Assembly: GCA_027021705.1 (NCBI GenBank)
Contig: JALUTT010000161.1
Location: 1 to 23,270 of the forward strand
DNA from: Anaerolineae bacterium
GTDB lineage: Bacteria > Chloroflexota > Anaerolineae > S140-20
DNA: 23,270 bases
Direction of reading: 5' to 3'
In this document: positions 1 through 8,893 of the stretch, in pieces
Numbering within the stretch: position 1 is the first letter of the stretch
Layout of the letters: each line of letters opens with the position of its first letter
Translations under genes and position numbers: made by a program
The notes under the pieces: model-generated
Database searches by the model: none
What the model saw: only the letters and a program-made list of their open reading frames with translations
What the model was told of the DNA's origin: nothing

Positions 1-191
1 TGGTGCGTTTCATCGAGACGGAGGAGTGGGTCAGGAGCGTCGCCTTCTCCCCCGACGGCCTGATCCTGGCCGTGGGCCTGGAGGACGGCACGGTACGGTT
101 GTGGCAGACGACCGATGGATCGCCGATGCGCACCCTGAAAGGGCACACCGATTATACGATCTCCGTCCCTCCACCACAAGACTGTCCATAG
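1..191 (+). CDS. WD40-repeat protein, 3' end (runs in from the window edge)
   Basis: VRSVAFSPDGLILAVGLEDGTVRLW..TLKGHTD is a typical bacterial WD40 repeat. The last repeat breaks off after GHTDYTISV. Confidence 0.8.
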   Translation, partial: VRFIETEEWVRSVAFSPDGLILAVGLEDGTVRLWQTTDGSPMRTLKGHTDYTISVPPPQDCP

Positions 192-199
192 GTGAAGCG

Positions 200-1735
200 A
201 TGAACACGATCAAAAGACTATTCTCCATAGCGATGCTACTTTGCCTGTCTGCGGCCTGCTCCGGCTCGCCCCCTCCCCCGACGCCGGAACAGGAGGTCGC
301 GCCACCGCGACCTGCCAACATCCCGACCCCCACTGCCCCTTCCCTCCGGCCGCTGCCGGCGACTCCGACTCCCGTGGCTGCCCCCACCCGGCCGCCAACA
401 GCGACCCCGGCTGTGCCCGGCCCCACCTTGGCCGCCCCCGAACGGGCCGCGACCCTCCTCACCGTGGACGCCGTCCCCAGCGGGGAAACCCTCCGCCCGC
501 TGCTGGGCGTCAACCTGGGGCCGATCCCCGGCGGCACCGACCCCAACAACGCCGACGTGACCGCCCAGTACCAGGAGATCGGGGTGACCATGATCCGCAC
601 CCACGGCTACAGCGGCCCCCTCGATATGAGCGCCATGTACCCCGACCAGAACGCCGACCCCACCGATCCGGCCTCCTACCGGTTCGAGAGGAGCGACCGC
701 GTCTTTCAGGCCATCCTGGACGGTGGCTTTGAGCCGTACCTGCGCCTGGGTGATTCGTGGAACACCCCCGGCCTGGAACGGCGTGCCCCGACCAATCCTC
801 AGAACTGGGTGCGGGCCGCGGTCGAGGTCGTGCGCCACTACCGTCAGATGGCCGCGGAGGCCGGCATCCCCCTGCGCTACGTCGAAATCTGGAACGAGCC
901 CAACTCCAAACATTTCTGGGATTCCACGCCGCAGGCCTTTTTCGAGCTCTTTGCCCAGACCGCCAAGGCGCTCAAGGCCGAGTTCCCCGACCTGAAGGTG
1001 GGCGGTCCCGCCCTCACCCAGGGTGCGGCGATGCTCCCCCAGGGACGGCAGTACACCGAAAACTTTTTGGCTTACTTGCAAGACCACGACGTGCCGCTGG
1101 ACTTTTTGTCCTGGCACATCTATTCCAACGACCCGGAGGATTACCGCGAGGCGGCCCGCTTCTACCGGGAACAGCTGGACGCCCACGGCTACACCGATGC
1201 CGAAAGCCACATCACCGAGTGGAACACCGCCTCGGAGACCGGTCGCGGGGTAGCGAACGACGTCTCGCTGCGGGCCGGTGGCAAGGGGGCCTCCCTGCTC
1301 AGCGCGTTCTGGATTGTTCTGCAAGAGGAGGGCGTGGATGTCTCGACCATTTTCCGGGGGACCGACACCAGCATTGACGTGCCCGGCTTCTTCGGCATCT
1401 TCTACGCCGACGGGCGGCCCAAACATCCGGCCCTGGCCTTCTCGCTGTGGGCGCGGATGGCCGCCCACCCGCAGCGGCTGAACGTCGCCCACGGGGACGA
1501 TGGGCTGTGGGTGCTGGCCGGACAGGATGAGAGCGGTGAAATCGCTCTGCTGGTGGTCAACCCCACCGAGAGGCCCACCTCCTGGCAGGCGACCTACGCG
1601 GGGCGCGACCTCGGTCCGGGAGCCATCCTGTACCAGGTCAGCGACGCCGCCGACACGGTGCAGACCTTCACCCTGGAGTCGCCCGTCGTCGAGATCGGCG
1701 CTTATACCGTGCAGCTTCTGGTTGTGAGACCGTAA
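200..1735 (+). CDS. GH39-like (clan GH-A) glycoside hydrolase lipoprotein
   Basis: ATG at 200 gives signal peptide MNTIKRLFSIAMLLCLSAAC (lipobox) followed by a Pro/Thr linker. EIWNEP (acid/base) and HITEWN (nucleophile) motifs, plus LDFLSWHIY and KVGGPA. Confidence 0.85.
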   Translation: MNTIKRLFSIAMLLCLSAACSGSPPPPTPEQEVAPPRPANIPTPTAPSLRPLPATPTPVAAPTRPPTATPAVPGPTLAAPERAATLLTVDAVPSGETLRPLLGVNLGPIPGGTDPNNADVTAQYQEIGVTMIRTHGYSGPLDMSAMYPDQNADPTDPASYRFERSDRVFQAILDGGFEPYLRLGDSWNTPGLERRAPTNPQNWVRAAVEVVRHYRQMAAEAGIPLRYVEIWNEPNSKHFWDSTPQAFFELFAQTAKALKAEFPDLKVGGPALTQGAAMLPQGRQYTENFLAYLQDHDVPLDFLSWHIYSNDPEDYREAARFYREQLDAHGYTDAESHITEWNTASETGRGVANDVSLRAGGKGASLLSAFWIVLQEEGVDVSTIFRGTDTSIDVPGFFGIFYADGRPKHPALAFSLWARMAAHPQRLNVAHGDDGLWVLAGQDESGEIALLVVNPTERPTSWQATYAGRDLGPGAILYQVSDAADTVQTFTLESPVVEIGAYTVQLLVVRP

Positions 1736-1900
1736 TTCCGAATCTGACCACCTATCACTTCCCACTGTGGGAAGCTCTTTGACACGAGGTAGCGAGGGAA
1801 TGGGCCACAGCGGGCCGTCCACGAATTGCTCGCGAATGCGCGAATGGGGCGGTTCCCAGCTCGTGCATTCGTGCCCCCTTCGTGGGAGAAAGGAAGAGCT

Positions 1901-2509
1901 ATGTCGAGCGAGACGCCGGTGATCATACGCTGGGACTACGCGGGCAAGCCGGACCTGCTGGTGGGGACGGGGGCCACGCCTTCTGAAAGGGCGCTGGCGT
2001 GGGTTGCCGTCCTGGTGGCGCTCTCGGTGTACCTCGTCTTGCACCTGGCGGGGCGGCTGGATTGGCGACCTTGGCAGTACGTCGTGGCCGGCCTCATTGC
2101 CCTGGATGCGGGGGGCGGCGTGGTGGCCAACAGCCTCAACACCTGCAAGCGGTTCTACCACGCTCCCCTCCACGACGAGGAGAGTGGGATCGCGGCCTGG
2201 GCGAAGAACCACGCCTTCTTCGTCGCCCTGCACGTCCACCCCCTGCTTGTGGGGGTGTTGTACGCCGGCGCGGGTGGGCTGTTCTACGGCCTGGTGTGGT
2301 ATGGGCTACTGCTCCTCTGGAGCGCGGTTGTGCTCAAGGCCCCCCTCTATCTGCGGCGGCCCATCGCGATGCTGGGCATCCTCTTCGCCTTGCTGGTGAA
2401 CACGTACCTCATCACGCCGGTGGTGGGGTTCGAGTGGCTGATGCCGGCCCTGTTCCTCAAGATCGTCTACGGCCACCTGGTGCGGGAGGAACCGTACCGG
2501 CCGGCGTAG
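1901..2509 (+). CDS. hypothetical multi-pass membrane protein
   Basis: ATG at 1901 after purine-rich GAAAGGAAGAG; several hydrophobic segments; GC3-rich codons. Confidence 0.75.
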   Translation: MSSETPVIIRWDYAGKPDLLVGTGATPSERALAWVAVLVALSVYLVLHLAGRLDWRPWQYVVAGLIALDAGGGVVANSLNTCKRFYHAPLHDEESGIAAWAKNHAFFVALHVHPLLVGVLYAGAGGLFYGLVWYGLLLLWSAVVLKAPLYLRRPIAMLGILFALLVNTYLITPVVGFEWLMPALFLKIVYGHLVREEPYRPA

Positions 2510-5500
2510 ACGAGGGAGCGGTCACCTCGATGGCGATCCCCGGGGCCGTGCCCACCTTCTCCGCGTCGTACATATCGTGCACCGAGACGAAGAGGTGACC
2601 CCGGCCGGGCCGGACGGCGACGGCGTCCACGGTGAGGCTGGCCCGTTCGATGGGCAGGTGGGCGGTCTGGGCGTTGACGCCTCCCTTGAGCAGGGCCAGG
2701 GTGCCGGGCAGGAAGAGACGCACCAGCGGGGCGATGGTCTGCTCCTGGGGGGTGATGGTGATCTGCATCCGCTCACCCACCTCCAGCCGCCTCGTGCTCG
2801 GCTCAACGGTGAAGCGGAAGTCGCCCCGGGGCTCCAGGTGGTTGATCTCGATCTCCTCGTCCACCCGCACGATGAGGTTGTCGCTCAGGGCGGTCACCTC
2901 CCGGCCCACGTTCACCTCGCTCAGCAGGACCTCCCGCCCGTCGAGGATCGCCCGGGAGGTGGGGGCGAACTTGAGGGAGGCGAGCAGTTCGACCAGGGCG
3001 CGGGTGTCGGCGGTGGAGTAGAGCATGCCGTTGACCAGCTTGCTGGTGACGTAGGCGAAGGCGGGCCGGAAGAGAGGGTCACCGGCGTCGTACATCACCC
3101 GGGCCACGTCGGCCGTCACCTCCAGGGTGCCCCCCCAGGCGGTGCGGGCTTCCCAGTAGGCCCTCTCCCCGTCGCGGTGTACGTTCTGACGGAGGAAGGC
3201 CAGCGCCTTGGCCTTGGCGCGGCGGCCGTCGCCGGCGAAGTAGTAGGCGACCGCATCCTCCACCCCTTCCATCTCCTGGCGAAAGCGGGCGTCCAGCGGC
3301 AGGAGGGCGTTGTCCCGATACTTGGCCTTGAGCAGCGCATCCCGGGCCTTGGTCAGCATCTCCTCGGCCATGGGGAAGGGGAGGCCGCGCAGCCCGAGCA
3401 GCCGGTGCGCCACCCGCGCCGTGATCTCCAGCCCCGGCTGTCCACCGCACCAGATGGAGAACCGCCCATCGGGATGCTGGAAGGTGGAGAGCCGCTGCAA
3501 CCCCGCCAGGATGCGCCCCCTCGTCGTCGGCAGGTCACCCGACACGATCCCCTCGTGGATTCCTCGGTAGGCCGTGGCTAACCCATACAGGGCGCTCGAG
3601 GTCTGCTCCGCTCACCCGAAGGGGTAGTGGATGAGGGCGGTGATGGTCTCCTGGAGCACCTGCCCTGGCGAGTCGTAGACCACGACCCGCTCCCCCCGGA
3701 CGGTCTGGCCCCTGTCCAGGATCACCAGGCGGGAGGCGGTGACCTTCTGGAGGCCGGGCGGGGCCACGTCGCGGACGGTCCAGTCGGCCTCGTCCTCGCT
3801 CTCGAGGCGCACTTCCACGCGACCGGGGCCGGTGAGGGTGAACGGCTCCGTCCCGCTGCCGGCGACCTGGACCCGCTTCTCGCCGTCGGGGGTGGCGATG
3901 AGCAACCGGGCCGGGCGCCGGGTGCGGTAGTTGACCGCCGCGACGATCTCGTCGCCGGGCGAGGCGATGGCGGGGAGGTCCAGTTCGGCGTAGAGGGGCT
4001 TGTCCGCCTGCACGTCGGCGGTCAGCTCCCGGTAATCGGCCCCCTTGAAGAGGTAGGCCCGCACGCGCCAGGTGCCGATCTGGTCACCCAGTTGCACCGT
4101 GCGGGAGGCGCTGCCCTCCAGGTAGAAGAGCTCCAGGTGGGCCAACTCGGGGAACTCCATCCGCATCGGGGCGACCACCAACTCCAGGACCTCGGCTGCC
4201 TCAACCACCTCCTCGGGGGCCATTGGGCTTGGGATCTTCAGCCCTTCCATGCCTGGGGGGCGGGCAGCGCTGCGGAGCCGTCCACGGAGCACCGGAGCGC
4301 CGGTGAAGAGGTCCTGGGGAAGCTCCCACACCTGCTCCTTCGCGCTGGCGACGGTGTCGAGGGCCAGGTTGTGGGTGGCGTCGCGGATGCTCTCGTAGAT
4401 GCCCTTGGCCAGCTTGGGGAGCGGGCTTTCGTGCTCCAGCCGAGCGTCGTAGACCAGCAGCCAGCAGTAGGCGGGGATGGGCGGGGCGTCGGCGTGGGGT
4501 GGGGTGATGGCGATCTCCACCTCGATGGCCTCGCCGGGCCGGGCGGTCTGCGGTGCCGTCAACCGGGCCTCGAAGGCGACCGGCTTGATGACGACGCCCC
4601 AGCCCTCGAAGGGCTTGCCCTTGACGAAGGTGCCGACGGTGAAGAGGGTGTAGGGCGCGGAGACGTCGAAGGTCACCCGCTGGCCTCGCCGGAGGGAGGG
4701 GAACTCCAGGACCTGGGCGGTCCCCGCCCGGGGGTCGAGGACCACCACCTGGGTCGCGCCCAGGTCAGAGGTGGCCTGGAGTTGGCCCACGTCGGCGTGG
4801 GCGCTCTCCAGCGTCAGCGGCGTCATGCTGACCCCGCCGGAGCCCAGGTAGAAGCCGCGCACCGGTTGGGCCTCCTCCCAGGGTAGCAGCCCCATCTCCG
4901 CCACCGGGCCCAGCCGGTTGATGGCGATGCGCCTCCGCTCGACGGCCCCCGTGCCGGGGAAGGCCACCAGCGCGGTGTTGCCGTCGGGGGTGGTGACCTG
5001 GACGTGGAAGGGGCCGCCGTGGCCAGAGAGGTCGAAGTCGCCCTGGGCGAGGCCCTCTTTGGCCTCCACCTTCTGCGTGGCGATGACCCGGTCGCCACAG
5101 GCGCGGCATTGGAGCCCGAACTCCACCGGGCCGGCGTAGGGGACGGAGAGCCGCAACAGGCGGAGGGTGAAGGTGAGGTGGTCCCGGGCGTACTCGTGCT
5201 TCTCCAGGGTGGCGATGAGGGGGGAGAGGGTGTACTCGGCCACGCTGAAGGTGCACTCGGCCTGTCCGCCCTCCTCCAGGGAGACGACGGCGGTGTATTC
5301 CCCTTCCCGCAGGTCGGCGTAGCGGTGCAGTGCCAGCCCCTCCTGGTTGAGGGAGAGCGAGGCTTCGTAGACCTTGTTCCCGGCGAACCGGATCTCCAGC
5401 TTCGCCTCTCCCCCGGCCGCGTCGGGCGCGACGATGAAGAAGGTCGCTTCGTCGTCGGCCCGGTAGACCTTGCGGTCGGTGACGACGGCCAGGAGCTGGA

Positions 5501-5831
5501 GCGAGGGGTGGGGGAGTCGGGGCTGGTCGGGGAGGGGGGGGATGAGCTGGCCCTTCCTGCGGCGGCTCTTGAGCAAGCTTGCGATGGTCTGGGTGGGTTC
5601 CTCGTCGCCGAAGCCGACGGCGTGCCGATGGCGGGAGAGGATGGTGGGCCGGTCGAAACGGCGCACGGCGTCATCCACTCTCAGCGCCACCGGGTGCTCC
5701 CGGTCGGCCTGGACGAAGATGAACTGGCGTCCGATGAAGAGGCGCTCGCGGAAGTCGTGGACATCCTGCCCGCACCGGACGCATCGCTGCACGTCGGCCG
5801 GGTTGGGGTGAAAGCACTGGGGACAGAACAT
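2457..5831 (-). CDS. alpha-2-macroglobulin-family thioester-domain protein with N-terminal zinc ribbon; in-frame TGA at 3612-3614 predicted to encode selenocysteine (1124 aa with readthrough)
   Basis: A2M motifs VVTDRKVYR, PQTARPGEAIEV, LLVYDARL, RMEFPE..GDQIGTWRVRA, KPLYAELDLP..PGD, YPFG*AEQTSS and GLQRLSTFQHPDGRFSIW. The frame continues for 384 sense codons after the TGA. GGGAGG RBS before ATG 5831. Confidence 0.8.
3562..3611 (-). promoter_or_regulatory. candidate bacterial SECIS element
   Basis: After the UGA: GC-GCCC-[UGUAU]-GGGU-(UA bulge)-GC at +17..+35, with loop G at +24 followed by U. A possible outer helix is CCUCG(+11..15)/CGAGG(+46..50). Folded by eye. Confidence 0.55.
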
Positions 5832-5926
5832 CGTGGCCTCCCTGTACGTCGCCTTCCCGGCGATGCTCCCGCGTTTATCGCAGCGGATCCTCTATGAGTC
5901 GCCGAGCTTCGCTTCCTTCGTTGCTG

Positions 5927-5955
5927 ATTATAGCATCGTTGGGAGAGAAGAGCAA
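5927..5955 (-). promoter_or_regulatory. sigma70-type promoter of the A2M-like gene
   Basis: TTGCTC-17 bp-TATAAT with extended -10 (TGcTATAAT), about 95 bp upstream of the ATG. Confidence 0.7.
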
Positions 5956-6039
5956 CCGCGTCATTCGTTGTCCGCGCCGACGGTTCCAACGGGTGAGCGG
6001 GGAGTGGTGCTCTCAGCCCTGGCATCCTCATTCCGGGGC

Positions 6040-7155
6040 TCAATCCAACCGGTGCTGGACGCTGAGGAGAGCCACCAGGCCGATCCCCACCCCCAGCCCC
6101 ACCAGCGCCAGCGCCCGAGGCCACAGGAGCGAGAGGGGCGTCCCCTTCAGCATCACGCTGCGCAGGATGGCCAGGTAGTGTTGCAAGGGGGAGAGTTGGG
6201 CGATGAAGCGCAGCAGGGTGGGGAGGTTCTCCACCGGCACCAGGTAGCCGGCGAAGGCGATCTCGGTCATCGCCACCACGAAGACGTAGAGGATCGCTTG
6301 CTGCTGCGTGCGGGCTATGCTGGAGAGGAGGATGCCCCAACCGGTCTCGGCGACGACGAAGAGGAAGCTGAGCCCCAGCAGCAGCCCCAAAGAGCCCCGC
6401 AGAGGCACCTTGAAGCCCCAGAAGGTCAGGGGCAGCAGCAGGAGGAAGTCCACCAGGCCGATGAGGATGGCGGGGATCGCTTTGCCGGTGATCAGCTCGA
6501 AACGGCGCATCGGCGTCACCAGCAACTGCTCCAGCGTCCCCAGTTCCCGCTCCCGGGCCAGCCCCAGCGAGGCCACCGCCAGCGTTACCTGGTAGACGAT
6601 GAACCCCACTTGGGCGGGGATGGTGTAGTCGCGAAAGTTGAAGGTGGGGTTGAAGCGGACCGTCGCTCGCAGGTCCACCCTTCCTCTCTCCCCCTCCCTC
6701 CGGCGGGCCATCTGCCGCCGGACGAAATCGTTGATGGCCCCCTCCGCCGCCCGCAGCGCGGTGCTCCCCGCTACATCGTTGGAGGCATCGGCGACGATCT
6801 GGACCTGGGGGGCTCGGTTGGGATGGGCGAAGGTGGCGGCGAAGCCGGCCGGGATGATCAGCCCGGCGGTCGCCCTTCCCTCGTCCAGCAGCCGACGGAG
6901 CGCCGCCATATCCTCCGGGTAACAGCACGTCTCCAACTCCGGGGTGTTCTCCACCGCCGTCACCAGGGAGCGGCTGAGGGGGGAGCGATCGTAGTCCAGC
7001 ACGGCCAGGGGGAAGCCCTCCATGTGGCGGCCCGTCGCCTGGGCCATCAAAACAAGCTGGAGCAGGGGCAGCAGGATGAGAAAGGCGGTCAGCAGGGGAT
7101 CGCGCACGTACTGGATGAACTCCTTGACCACCATATTGCCAATGCGGTAGATCAT
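6040..7155 (-). CDS. ABC-2 type transporter permease (YbhR-like)
   Basis: N-terminal KEFIQYVRD plus a TM helix, extracytoplasmic domain, ARERELGTLEQLLVTP motif, C-terminal TM bundle, SPLQHYLAILRSVMLKG. Confidence 0.9.
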   Translation of the reverse strand: MIYRIGNMVVKEFIQYVRDPLLTAFLILLPLLQLVLMAQATGRHMEGFPLAVLDYDRSPLSRSLVTAVENTPELETCCYPEDMAALRRLLDEGRATAGLIIPAGFAATFAHPNRAPQVQIVADASNDVAGSTALRAAEGAINDFVRRQMARRREGERGRVDLRATVRFNPTFNFRDYTIPAQVGFIVYQVTLAVASLGLARERELGTLEQLLVTPMRRFELITGKAIPAILIGLVDFLLLLPLTFWGFKVPLRGSLGLLLGLSFLFVVAETGWGILLSSIARTQQQAILYVFVVAMTEIAFAGYLVPVENLPTLLRFIAQLSPLQHYLAILRSVMLKGTPLSLLWPRALALVGLGVGIGLVALLSVQHRLD

Positions 7156-7179
7156 CGTGGTCTCCCCACATAACGGTTC

Positions 7180-7276
7180 ACCCTCCCGCGGGTTAGGCGC
7201 GTTTCCGACGCGAAACCGTGCTTCAAATAGTCCATCGGGGCTGAAGGCGCCCTCGACCGGTGACCTGCGGGAGGGT
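7180..7276. repeat. 97-bp element bounded by 16-bp imperfect inverted repeats
   Basis: ACCCTCCCGCGGGTTA (7180-7195) pairs with TGACCTGCGGGAGGGT (7261-7276); both mismatches are G-U pairs on the + strand. Internal GGCGC/GCGCC and CGCGT/ACGCG complements. Confidence 0.65.
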
Positions 7277-7281
7277 AGGCT

Positions 7282-8388
7282 CTACAGTCGCTTGCGGAAG
7301 AGCAGCACGCTCAGGATGAACCCTCCCGCGCCCATAGCGACCAAGGCCAGGGCGGGGAAGAGCAGTCCCTCCAACCCAACCCCCTTGAGGAAGAGGGAGC
7401 GGTTGATGGCGATGAAATGGGTGGTAGGCAGGGCGTAGGCAATCAGCCGCGAGGCCAGCGAGCGGGTGCTAAGCGGCTGGATGAGGCCCGTCAGGAAGAA
7501 ACTGGGGACGAAGAAGGCCATCAGGACGACGAACATCGCCGTCTGCTGGCTGGCGACGAAGTTGGCAACCAGCAGGCTCAGCCCCATGCTGGCCACCAGG
7601 TAGACGGCGGCGAAGAGCAGGAAGAGCCGGAAGTCACCCCGGAAGGGGACCCGGAACCAGAGGGTGGCCACCAGCCAGGCGAGCACCGCGCCAACCAGGC
7701 CGCTGATGAGGTAGGCAACCACTTTTCCGGCCAGATACTCCATCCCTCGCAGCGGGGTGGAGATCAGCCCCTCGAAGGTGCCCGTCTCTTTCTCCCGGGT
7801 GAGGGCCAGGGCCAGGGCCAGGGCAGGCAGCACCAGGACGATGGCTGCCAGCCCAGGTACCATGCTGATCAGTGCCTTCGAGGCAGGGTTATACCAGAGC
7901 CGGCTTTCCACTTGGAGAGGGGTTAGGTGCAGGCCCTGCGTGCCCATCTTCGCGGTGAAGGCCTGGGTGCGGGCGCTCAAGCTGCTCAGCGTCTGGCCGG
8001 CGGCGATGGGGTCCATCCCTTCGATGAGGAGTTGGACCGGGGCATCCTCCCCCCGGCGGAGCCGTTGGTCGAAGCCGTGGGGGATCACCAGCACGCCGTC
8101 CACGCGGCCGGCCAGCAGCAACGATTCCGCCTCCTCGTACCTCTGGGGCTGCTCCGCCAGGCGGATCTCCCCATCGCTGATCAGGAAGGCCAGGTAACGC
8201 CGGGAGAGGGGGCTGTGGTCCAGGTCCACGGCGGCCAGGGCGATCTGCTCCACGTCGAGGGAGAAGACGTAGGAGAGAACGAAGAGGAGGAAAGCCGGCG
8301 AGAGGGTAACCAGGAAGAGGGTGCGCAGGTCCCGACGGATGTGGTGGAACTCTTTGCGGACGATGGCTAGGGTGCGGTGTAGGGACAT
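7282..8388 (-). CDS. ABC-2 type transporter permease (YbhS-like)
   Basis: KEFHHIRRDLRTL, DLDHSPLSR, RLWYNP, TREKETGTFEGLISTP and RSLFLKGVG motifs. Confidence 0.9.
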   Translation of the reverse strand: MSLHRTLAIVRKEFHHIRRDLRTLFLVTLSPAFLLFVLSYVFSLDVEQIALAAVDLDHSPLSRRYLAFLISDGEIRLAEQPQRYEEAESLLLAGRVDGVLVIPHGFDQRLRRGEDAPVQLLIEGMDPIAAGQTLSSLSARTQAFTAKMGTQGLHLTPLQVESRLWYNPASKALISMVPGLAAIVLVLPALALALALTREKETGTFEGLISTPLRGMEYLAGKVVAYLISGLVGAVLAWLVATLWFRVPFRGDFRLFLLFAAVYLVASMGLSLLVANFVASQQTAMFVVLMAFFVPSFFLTGLIQPLSTRSLASRLIAYALPTTHFIAINRSLFLKGVGLEGLLFPALALVAMGAGGFILSVLLFRKRL

Positions 8389-8394
8389 TGGACG

Positions 8395-8422
8395 GGTTGC
8401 AGATTGCAGATTGCAAGTTGCA
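8395..8422. repeat. 4x heptamer tandem repeat (RRTTGCA)
   Basis: ggttgca gattgca gattgca agttgca. Confidence 0.75.
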
Positions 8423-8445
8423 ATTCGTAGTTCGCGGAGTGCGGG

Positions 8446-8880
8446 TTACCGGAGAGCTTGTTGGATGGCCGGGGTCAGCCGGACCAGGACGTCGTGCAGC
8501 CGTTCCAGCCCCATCCCCACCAGGAACCAGGCCGGTGCGTAGTCCAGCCGGATGAGGCCGTGGACGTGCCAGCGGGTCCGGCTGTAGTCCCAAGGGCAGG
8601 CCCCGGTCAGCCGCCGCAGGAGCCAACCCGTGCCGTACTCCACAGTCCAGAATCCCAGGACGTAGAGGCTGCCTCGCGCAAGCCAAGGCCAGGGGCGCAG
8701 GAGATCGTGCAGCGGCTCGAAGAGGGGGGCAACCAGGCCGTAGATGGGGAACATCCAGAGATAGCTCTTCCCCTCCAGCCGCCAGCCTTGTTGCTCCCCT
8801 TTCAGCGTCGTCGTGACGGCGGTCCAGACGATCTCCATGCACCAGCCCAGCAGCCCATAGATGACGAAGCGGATGGCCAT
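8446..8880 (-). CDS. small membrane protein, putative ABC permease (DUF1113/CmpB-like)
   Basis: FVIYGLLGWCME, MFPIYG, VEYGTGWLL..CPWDYS..GLIRLDY motifs; GGGAGG RBS before ATG 8880. Confidence 0.75.
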   Translation of the reverse strand: MAIRFVIYGLLGWCMEIVWTAVTTTLKGEQQGWRLEGKSYLWMFPIYGLVAPLFEPLHDLLRPWPWLARGSLYVLGFWTVEYGTGWLLRRLTGACPWDYSRTRWHVHGLIRLDYAPAWFLVGMGLERLHDVLVRLTPAIQQALR

Positions 8881-8893
8881 CGGCGACCTCCCG

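Noticed and set aside
26..199. N-terminal extension of the GH39 ORF from position 26
   Set aside because: It overlaps the WD40 gene, and the signal peptide begins at ATG 200.
2457..3545. Independent 362-aa gene starting at GTG 3545
   Set aside because: It would start inside the thioester domain, after EQT; better explained as the continuation of the upstream frame through the TGA.
3612..3614. TGA read as Trp or Gly (alternative genetic code)
   Set aside because: TGA is the normal stop of ppdK, dnaG and other genes here, and Trp is encoded by TGG.
7168..7198. Integron attC site (GCCTAAC...GTTATGT on the minus strand)
   Set aside because: Spans only 31 bp, too short for an attC; no L boxes, cassette array or integrase.
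7196..7252. Hammerhead ribozyme (GAAAC..GTC..CTGAAG)
   Set aside because: Core is CUGAAGG rather than CUGANGA, and stems I and III cannot form properly.
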